The notes under the pieces: generated by a model
Told to the model about the DNA's origin: nothing
Database searches by the model: none
Seen by the model: only the letters and a program-made list of their open reading frames with translations
Translations under genes and position numbers: made by a program
Shown here: one piece after another, positions 57,678-64,000 of the stretch
How the letters are laid out: every line of letters begins with the position of its first letter
Position numbering within the stretch: position 1 is the first letter of the stretch
From: an uncultured Vampirovibrio sp.
Lineage (GTDB): Bacteria > Cyanobacteriota > Vampirovibrionia > Gastranaerophilales > Gastranaerophilaceae
Assembly (NCBI GenBank): GCA_910584405.1
Contig: CAJUAL010000007.1
Location: 46,895-110,894 of the forward strand
Reading direction: 5' to 3'
DNA length: 64,000 nucleotides

Positions 57678-58625
57678 TTAATCATCATTTGATATAATTT
57701 GTGCACCGTTATTTTCAACAGACAATGTTTTAAGCGTAGATTTAATATTTAAGTCTGCCCAAGTTTCGTGAACAACTTCTTTAATCTTATCAACATTGTT
57801 TTTCTCTGAGATAATAAGAATTGAAGACCCTGCGCCGCTTAGAACACAGCCTAAAACATTTTCAAAATGTTTTAATTTATCAATAATTTTATCTAATCCC
57901 GGTACAAGCTTCATTCTGTATGGCTGATGTAATCTATCTTGAAGCGCAAGTTTCATAAGTTCTGAATCCTTTGTATGGATTGCTTCAACAAACATTGCAA
58001 GCCTTTTTGCGTTAAATATAGCGTCTTTCATAGGAACTTCAGACGGCAATACAGAACGTGCAATATCTGTTGATAACTCAAAATCAGGAACACAAACCGT
58101 AACAGCCCATTCTTGAGGCCATTCAAGTTTCCTATAAACAACGCTACCATCATCTTCTTGAGATGAAATAACAAGTCCGCCAACAATTGCAGGTGTAATA
58201 TTATCAGGGTGTCCTTCAATTTCACAAGCAATTGATAATAAAGCAACTTCATCTGCAGGACGACCTAAAAGTTCGTTAGCGGCAATTAAAGCACCTACAA
58301 TAACTGAAGAACTGCTGCCTAATCCTCTTGCAACAGGTATATTTGAGTGAATATTTATTTTTAATTCGCTCGGAGTTTGTCCGATTGAATTGTAAAGAAG
58401 CTCTACAGCCTTGTAAACAATACTGTTTTCATCAGACGGAATATGATCTAAAGACAATTGATCAATAGAATCACTATCTGCCATAACATTTATTTCAATA
58501 CCGGTTCCCGGAAGAACGGTTTCTTCAATAGTAATTGTATTATATATCGGCAAAGCCATACCCAGACAGTCAAACCCCGGGCCCATATTGGCTGTTGTAG
58601 CCGGTACTTTTACACTAACTTTCAT
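57678..58625 (-). CDS. thrB: Homoserine kinase
   Basis: VKVPATTANMGPGFDCLGMAL (GHMP kinase N-terminus) and PVARGLGSSSS motif 2. Confidence 0.85.
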   Translation of the reverse strand: MKVSVKVPATTANMGPGFDCLGMALPIYNTITIEETVLPGTGIEINVMADSDSIDQLSLDHIPSDENSIVYKAVELLYNSIGQTPSELKINIHSNIPVARGLGSSSSVIVGALIAANELLGRPADEVALLSIACEIEGHPDNITPAIVGGLVISSQEDDGSVVYRKLEWPQEWAVTVCVPDFELSTDIARSVLPSEVPMKDAIFNAKRLAMFVEAIHTKDSELMKLALQDRLHQPYRMKLVPGLDKIIDKLKHFENVLGCVLSGAGSSILIISEKNNVDKIKEVVHETWADLNIKSTLKTLSVENNGAQIISNDD

Positions 58626-58735
58626 ATTTATAATCTACCTTTCTGCTATATTATACCAAAAACAGGTGTAAATATGACAAATAATACTAATGTTAAGAGT
58701 TTGCAACAGATATAAAATAGGTGTAAAATAAGACT

Positions 58736-59962
58736 ATGTATGAATTTCACCCGTATTTTACAGCAGATGGCTCAGTAGGCCTGTACAGTCCACAGTTTAA
58801 TGACATATATCACAGTGCAACAGGTGCTTTAACAGAAGCAAATGAAAAGTTTATCGAGCCTGTAGATTTCCGAACGCTGCTAGAGAAAGATAAAATTAAA
58901 ATTTTAGATATTTGTTTTGGAATCGGATATAATTCAAAAAGTTTTTTTCAAAAAATTTTCTCTCTTACAGAATGTAATATCGATTCGATATATACCAATA
59001 AAAATAACAAAATATTATCCACATATAGCGATAAGATATATGACGATAACATTTTTAATAAAATTTCTGTAACAGCTATAGATAATGATAAAATTTTAGC
59101 TTTTTTATCTCCATTTATAAAAACAGGCGAAAAAAATATTAAAAATAAAAAATTTGATTTTGAGTATAAAAAATTAGAGAAATATTTAGAAGAAAATAAA
59201 AATATACCAAAACCGAAAATTGAAAAAATAATTAATTTTCTAATTTTTGAAAAAATAGCCCAAAATTACCCTGAAATCCTGTCAAATTCTGATATTGAGC
59301 AAATATTATCAAATAAAGATTATCATCGATATTTTGACTCTGATTTAAGGGGCATTTATAGCCATTATAAAAACAAGCCTAATAAATTAATACCCGATAA
59401 GAATAATTTACCCCTTTTACATAATATATATTATGACCATGTATCTAAATGCTATAAAAGAAGGTTAAAAACATATCAGTTGCAAGATATTGATTTTAAC
59501 CTTAAAATTGGTGATGCTCGAGATGTAATAAAAAAAGATAACAACTTATATAATTTGATATTTTTAGATGCTTTTTCGCCTTCAAAGTGTCCGATTTTAT
59601 GGTCTTATGAATTTTTTATGCTGCTTTATGATCATTTGGAAGACGACGGATTAATTTTAACTTACTCATCTTCAGCTTCAGTTAGAAATGCCATGGTTGA
59701 AGCAGGATTTTTTATCGGTGAAAATTTTAACTTAGCAAAAAATAAATCGATAGGAACAATTGCTTCAAAAAATAAGAAGCACATAAAATATCCCCTCTCA
59801 GAATTTGATTCAGGGCTTTTAAAAACTACTGCAGGTATATTTTATCGTGATGAGAATTTAAACGCTCAAAATGAGGCTCTTATCGAGCGCAGAAATTTCG
59901 AAGTTAAAAATTCAAACCTTATGTCAAGTTCTAAGTATAATAAAAAAGCTAAATTATTATAG
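58736..59962 (+). CDS. MnmC-like SAM-dependent methyltransferase domain protein (tRNA mnm5U34 methyltransferase-like) with a long K/N-rich insert
   Basis: N-terminal TADGSVGLYSPQFNDIYHSATGALTEANEKFIEP and C-terminal IFLDAFSPSKCPILWSYEFF...DGLILTYSSSASVRNAMVEAGF match the MnmC methyltransferase domain (DUF752) pattern. Confidence 0.65.
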   Translation: MYEFHPYFTADGSVGLYSPQFNDIYHSATGALTEANEKFIEPVDFRTLLEKDKIKILDICFGIGYNSKSFFQKIFSLTECNIDSIYTNKNNKILSTYSDKIYDDNIFNKISVTAIDNDKILAFLSPFIKTGEKNIKNKKFDFEYKKLEKYLEENKNIPKPKIEKIINFLIFEKIAQNYPEILSNSDIEQILSNKDYHRYFDSDLRGIYSHYKNKPNKLIPDKNNLPLLHNIYYDHVSKCYKRRLKTYQLQDIDFNLKIGDARDVIKKDNNLYNLIFLDAFSPSKCPILWSYEFFMLLYDHLEDDGLILTYSSSASVRNAMVEAGFFIGENFNLAKNKSIGTIASKNKKHIKYPLSEFDSGLLKTTAGIFYRDENLNAQNEALIERRNFEVKNSNLMSSSKYNKKAKLL

Positions 59963-59982
59963 GTATGTATCTAAACGATAAA

Positions 59983-60198
59983 TTAGTTGTTATCAAATTT
60001 TTTCAAAACAATTTCATATCCCAAAAGTTTTGCAAAAAACTCAACATCATTAAAATCTAAAGAACCTTTTCTCAATTTGTGAGATAAGCCGTCCATTGTG
60101 TATTTTTTATCGCTGTTTTCTGTTGCTAACTTTGCAAGCTGGGTTAAAGTCATACATTCTTTAGCTAACATAATTTTTACAAATTCCCTAACGGACAT
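59983..60198 (-). CDS. Small HTH-type DNA-binding protein (71 aa)
   Basis: MTLTQLAKLATENSDKKYTMDGLSHKLRKG looks like a helix-turn-helix. Divergent from the pilin gene. Confidence 0.45.
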   Translation of the reverse strand: MSVREFVKIMLAKECMTLTQLAKLATENSDKKYTMDGLSHKLRKGSLDFNDVEFFAKLLGYEIVLKKFDNN

Positions 60199-60244
60199 CT
60201 TATCTCCTTAAAAAATAGACTTATATATCTTATTATTGATTATA

Positions 60245-60273
60245 TTGACAATAAATTTCAAACACTTTATAAT
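60245..60273 (+). promoter_or_regulatory. Perfect-consensus sigma-70 promoter for the pilin-like gene
   Basis: TTGACA, a 17-nt spacer, then TATAAT. About 60-nt leader ending in the AAGGAGGAG RBS. Confidence 0.65.
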
Positions 60274-60336
60274 AATCGTATTATTAGTCTATATACCATG
60301 CTATAGTTCTATAATTTCTTAATATAAGGAGGAGAT

Positions 60337-60990
60337 ATGAAAAAAGGATTTACGTTAGCTGAGGTATTAATTACACTTGGAATAATTGGTATAGTTGCAG
60401 CTATGACCATACCCACAATGATGCAAAAGAATTTTGAAAAACGTACGGTAACTCAGCTTCGCGCGACTCAATCCGTACTCTCTCAAGCTCTGCGAATGGC
60501 AGAAGAAGAATATGGCGATATGGAAGGCTGGTTTACCGAACCAACCAGAGCTGCGAGAACCCTAAAAATCGGTGAAAATCTTAAGCCTTTTCTAAAATTA
60601 GCTCTTGACTGTGGAATGACAGATACTGATGGTAAATGTATTGTTAATGCCTACTACTTGCAAAAAAATGGCAGCCCCCGTCTCAACTATGCACAATATG
60701 ATGCCTATAAAGTCGTATTATTAAATGGAGCAGCCGTTTGGTGGATATATGAGCCTAGTGAAGGTATTACACATTTTTACATTGATACAAATGGTAAATA
60801 TTCACCTAACACCTGGGGTAAAGATTTATTTATGTTTGAATATTCGAACAATTCATTAAGACCAATGGGTGCACCTGATTCTATTTTCCCGTATGAAACG
60901 AACTGCAAAACAAAAAATTCTACAGGTGTAGGCTGTGCATATTATGTTTTAACACAACAAAATATGAACTATTTGCACCAAAAAAAATAA
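60337..60990 (+). CDS. Type IV pilin-like protein with prepilin-type N-terminal cleavage/methylation domain
   Basis: MKKG|FTLAEVLITLGIIGIVAAM class III signal. Conserved Glu at +5 and a hydrophobic alpha-1 helix. Confidence 0.8.
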   Translation: MKKGFTLAEVLITLGIIGIVAAMTIPTMMQKNFEKRTVTQLRATQSVLSQALRMAEEEYGDMEGWFTEPTRAARTLKIGENLKPFLKLALDCGMTDTDGKCIVNAYYLQKNGSPRLNYAQYDAYKVVLLNGAAVWWIYEPSEGITHFYIDTNGKYSPNTWGKDLFMFEYSNNSLRPMGAPDSIFPYETNCKTKNSTGVGCAYYVLTQQNMNYLHQKK

Positions 60991-61007
60991 ACTATTATAA
61001 TTAAAAT

Positions 61008-62291
61008 ATGGACAAATATGATATTGTTATTATCGGTGGTGGGACTGCAGGCTGTGCAGCAGCTTATATCGCAGGAAAATCGGGTTTAAAAACACTTTTA
61101 CTTGAAAAAAGTCAGGTTTTAGGCGGGACAATGACCTCGGGTCTTGTTGTTCCCGTGATGAAAAGCGGCGACAATCAAATCAACACAGATTTTTACAACG
61201 CATTAGTTTCCGAGCTTGCCAAAATCGACGGGCAAGTCACTTACCAAGGCAATTCAGGCTGGTTTAACCCTGAATTAATGAAAATTGTACTTGATAAAAT
61301 GATGAAAGATGTTAATGTAGAAGTTTTATTTAACACTGAGGTTGCAGAAGTTAAGCTAAACAATACATTATCATCACATATCGAACAGATATATACTAAT
61401 AACATTTCACTCTTAAATCAAGAAAAGTTATCGGTACCTATCGGCGCGAAATACTTTGTAGATGCGACAGGAAATTGTGATTTTTCTAAAAAAATTAATT
61501 GCGAATTTTTGGAAAATAATTCAGAATTTCAGCCAATGAGCTTAAGATTTTTGATGAGCGGCGTTGATTGTGAAGAATTTGCACGCTGGATTACCGATTT
61601 AGACACAGATAGAGAGGTTACAACCGTTCAATATACAGATAAACAAGTGCATTTTTCGACAGCTTACACATGGGATAGCGGCAAACACTGGGCTTTAGCA
61701 CCTTTATTTGATAAAGCTGTTAAAGAAGGAATCCTAGAAGATGAAGACAGGAACTATTTTCAGGTATTTACAGTCGCGGGAATGCCTGGTACAGTTGCTT
61801 TTAACTGTCCACGAATAGTTGAAAACCTTAATCCTAATAATCAAAAAGACTTATCAAAAGCTTTAACTAAAGGCAGAGAATCAATTTTCAGGATTTCAGA
61901 GTTCTGTAAAAAATATCTCCCCGGATTTGAAAATTCGTTTATCTCAAATATCTCAGATTCAATAGGAATAAGGGTTTCTAACAGAATCAGGGGTAAATAT
62001 ATATATACAATAGAGGATTTAAAAAGCGGTAAGAAATTTGATAATCCTGCACTTATTTCAAATTACCCGATAGATGTACACAGCAAATCAAAAAACACAT
62101 CAACTTGCGAAAAAACAGGTGAATACCAGCTTCCTATTGAAAGTTTAATGTCATTTAACTACGACAACCTTTTTGTTGCAGGAAGATGTTTGTCTGCTGA
62201 TTATATGGCACAAGGAGCTTTAAGAGTCCAAGCCAGTTGTTTTTCTATGGGAGAAGCTGTTGCAAAGTATATTAAACAGAAACTTTCTTAA
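61008..62291 (+). CDS. FAD-dependent oxidoreductase (PF12831-like)
   Basis: YDIVIIGGGTAGCAAA dinucleotide-binding motif. 427 aa. Confidence 0.7.
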   Translation: MDKYDIVIIGGGTAGCAAAYIAGKSGLKTLLLEKSQVLGGTMTSGLVVPVMKSGDNQINTDFYNALVSELAKIDGQVTYQGNSGWFNPELMKIVLDKMMKDVNVEVLFNTEVAEVKLNNTLSSHIEQIYTNNISLLNQEKLSVPIGAKYFVDATGNCDFSKKINCEFLENNSEFQPMSLRFLMSGVDCEEFARWITDLDTDREVTTVQYTDKQVHFSTAYTWDSGKHWALAPLFDKAVKEGILEDEDRNYFQVFTVAGMPGTVAFNCPRIVENLNPNNQKDLSKALTKGRESIFRISEFCKKYLPGFENSFISNISDSIGIRVSNRIRGKYIYTIEDLKSGKKFDNPALISNYPIDVHSKSKNTSTCEKTGEYQLPIESLMSFNYDNLFVAGRCLSADYMAQGALRVQASCFSMGEAVAKYIKQKLS

Positions 62292-63637
62292 TTTTGAATT
62301 TTACTTTGAAGCATTAACATTGCATTAATTAAAGGATCAATTGTCGGCGAATACGGTGGAGAATATGTTAAATCATTTCTGCTGTATTCATCAACTGTCA
62401 TATGTGCAACAAGCGCTGACGTAAGTGAGTTTATTCGTTTATCTGCGCCGATTGAACCTATTGCCTGTGCGCCAAGCAACATTCCCGTTATTTTATCGGC
62501 GACAACTTTTAACACAATTTCTCCAACTTCGGGCATATAACCGACTTTATCATGTTTTTCTAACATTACTGACACTGGATTAAAACCTATATTTGAAGCT
62601 TCTCTTTCTGTTAGCCCTGTCATTGACATTGTTGTATTAAGACATCTTGTAACAGCTGAACCTAAAACACCCTCAAATTGTTCTACTCCGCCTGCGGCGT
62701 TTATTGCCGCACAACGACCTTCCTTATTTGCCGTTGAACCTAAAGGAATCCAAACACTGCGGCCACTGACTAAATGTCTTTCTTCACAACAATCTCCGCA
62801 GGCATATATATCAGGAACAGAGGTTTGCATAAGCTTATTTACCTTTATTGCTCCCGTTACACCTATCTCTAACCCAGCATCGCGTGCTATTTCGACATTA
62901 GGTTTTACTCCTGTACAAATTACAACCATATCAGTTTGGATTTCTTTGCCTGAAAGAGTTTTAACAGTATGAACCGAGTCTTCTCCTATAAACTCTGAAA
63001 CTATTTCGCTTGTTAAAAATTCAAAATTACCGTTATTCTCAGATTCAATCCTGTTTTTTATCAAATCAGAAATTTCGTCATCAAACATCGACATAATTCT
63101 TTCATTTTTTTCAATAACAGTGACCTTTAAGCCGTTTTTAACAAAAGCTTCCAGTAATTCCATACCAATATAACCGCTTCCGATTATAGTCGCATGATTT
63201 GAGTTAAACATCTTTTCTCTGATATTTATACCGTCCTCGATTTTTCGTACTGTAAAAACATTATTCTTACAATTTATACCGCTTATATTTGGTATTAACG
63301 GACTTGCTCCTGTTGCTATAATAAGTTTGTCATAAGGCACAAGATACGCATTATTCTCATCTTTTACAAGTACCTGTTTATGCTCTATAAGTATTTTATC
63401 TACTCGGGATTTTAAATATACGTCAATACCGAGTTTATTAAATTCTTCAACCGAACGTACCAAAAGTGCAGTGTAATCCTTAAAATTACCCTCAATATAA
63501 TACGGAAGCCCGCAAGATGAATACGATACATGCGTATCATCCGTATATATTGAAACTTTTGAATCAGGTAGTAAACGTTTTATTTTTGATGCGGCTTTCG
63601 CCCCTGCAGCAACTCCGCCAATAATAACGATATTCAT
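62288..63637 (-). CDS. CoA-disulfide reductase / NADH oxidase family pyridine nucleotide-disulfide oxidoreductase
   Basis: NIVIIGGVAAGAKAAS, single redox Cys in YSSCGLPY (the Cdr/Nox signature), and a second NAD-binding motif IIGSGYIGME. Confidence 0.8.
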   Translation of the reverse strand: MNIVIIGGVAAGAKAASKIKRLLPDSKVSIYTDDTHVSYSSCGLPYYIEGNFKDYTALLVRSVEEFNKLGIDVYLKSRVDKILIEHKQVLVKDENNAYLVPYDKLIIATGASPLIPNISGINCKNNVFTVRKIEDGINIREKMFNSNHATIIGSGYIGMELLEAFVKNGLKVTVIEKNERIMSMFDDEISDLIKNRIESENNGNFEFLTSEIVSEFIGEDSVHTVKTLSGKEIQTDMVVICTGVKPNVEIARDAGLEIGVTGAIKVNKLMQTSVPDIYACGDCCEERHLVSGRSVWIPLGSTANKEGRCAAINAAGGVEQFEGVLGSAVTRCLNTTMSMTGLTEREASNIGFNPVSVMLEKHDKVGYMPEVGEIVLKVVADKITGMLLGAQAIGSIGADKRINSLTSALVAHMTVDEYSRNDLTYSPPYSPTIDPLINAMLMLQSKIQN

Positions 63638-63917
63638 AATAAATTTAATCTAATATAATTATTGGCAAAATTCATTATACAATTGTCTAATTACAGCTAT
63701 ATGTATTTAAAATAACGGTTTTCATAAAATCGCAATATAAATCTTTGTCTTCTTCAATATCCTCAGCTTTTTTGATAAGATTCTTAATCTCTACTATAAC
63801 TTGCTGTCTTAAAATATCCTCATACATTGTAATACACACTCCGTGAAATCTATTTACAAATATATATACGGACTTTTTAACTTAAAACTTGAGGAAATTA
63901 TCATAATTGTTACAAAA

Positions 63918-63948
63918 ATTAAAAAAGGACGGATTTTACTCCGTCCTC
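63918..63948 (-). terminator. Terminator of a minus-strand gene whose 3' end (stop at 63954-63956) enters the window
   Basis: On the minus strand, AGGACGGAgtaaaaTCCGTCCT followed by TTTTTTAATTTTT. Confidence 0.5.
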
Positions 63949-64000
63949 TTTTGTTATAACGATTTAATAACAGCATTATTAGTAGTTCTTGTGGTATTTT

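Noticed and set aside
1-64000. Searched for CRISPR arrays, transposase/integrase genes, phage structural genes and long (>100 bp) tandem repeats
   Set aside because: None found. The only repeats are the short intergenic family around rpsL and the TPR operon, the tRNA-Val 3' duplication, small palindromes and terminators, and the ATGGGA microsatellite.
63954-64000. Minus-strand reading frame entering from the window end (…TTRTTNNAVIKSL*) with a terminator at 63918-63948
   Set aside because: Only 15 codons are visible. This is too little to call a CDS. The terminator is reported instead.

Overview
This window is a low-GC (about 30-33%) bacterial chromosomal segment, densely coded on both strands and mostly housekeeping. 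I found no CRISPR array, transposase, integrase or phage structural genes.

Likely lineage (inference). Ribosomal protein S12 is almost residue-for-residue the cyanobacterial type. Together with a PBS-lyase-type HEAT-repeat mini-protein, a Tic20-like membrane protein, a short group-2-like RpoD sigma factor, CsaB, a nifJ-type PFOR and prepilin-type proteins, this suggests a non-photosynthetic relative of Cyanobacteria (Melainabacteria/Vampirovibrionia-like).

Genes recognised:
- rng (partial), preceded by a radical-SAM TIGR03960-like protein fused to DUF2344 and by two small unknown proteins; a second TIGR03960-like paralog lies at 30.2 kb.
- yajQ and a CHASE2 adenylate cyclase.
- An eda-pfkB kinase-csaB-GT2-DUF2628 operon.
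- tRNA-Leu(TAA) and tRNA-Val(TAC).
- patatin, trxB, pgi, wecB, a glutaredoxin and an HCP-family protein with degenerate cluster ligands.
- rpsL-rpsG, not followed by fusA/tufA.
- A TPR/Tic20-like operon, an AI-2E transporter, a histidine phosphatase and an orphan LeuD-like subunit.
- recN, a zinc-ribbon-SPFH protein, a sigma factor and rlmD.
- PFOR, UDG family 4, an M16 peptidase, nanE plus a ROK kinase, a UbiA prenyltransferase and a solo RHH protein.
- A GH38 mannosidase, glmS, a ferredoxin, thrB, an MnmC-like methyltransferase, a type IV pilin-like protein, a FAD oxidoreductase and a CoA-disulfide reductase/NADH oxidase.

Most notable observations:
1. A 656-aa protein with several zinc ribbons and a C-terminal HNH nuclease motif. 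It is translationally coupled to trxB, followed by a HEAT mini-protein and a patatin phospholipase, and the block ends at tRNA-Leu.
2. A small intergenic repeat family. Two roughly 70-nt copies sit in inverted orientation immediately 3' of rpsG and in the rpsL 5' leader, so they would be complementary within one rpsL-rpsG mRNA. A third diverged copy, carrying a 28-nt hairpin module, lies in the leader of the TPR/Tic20-like operon.
3. A 22-bp duplication of the tRNA-Val 3' end, which looks like an att-site scar.
4. An HCP paralog lacking most of its cluster-binding cysteines.
5. An in-frame ATGGGA hexamer microsatellite inside a Gly/Met-rich small gene.
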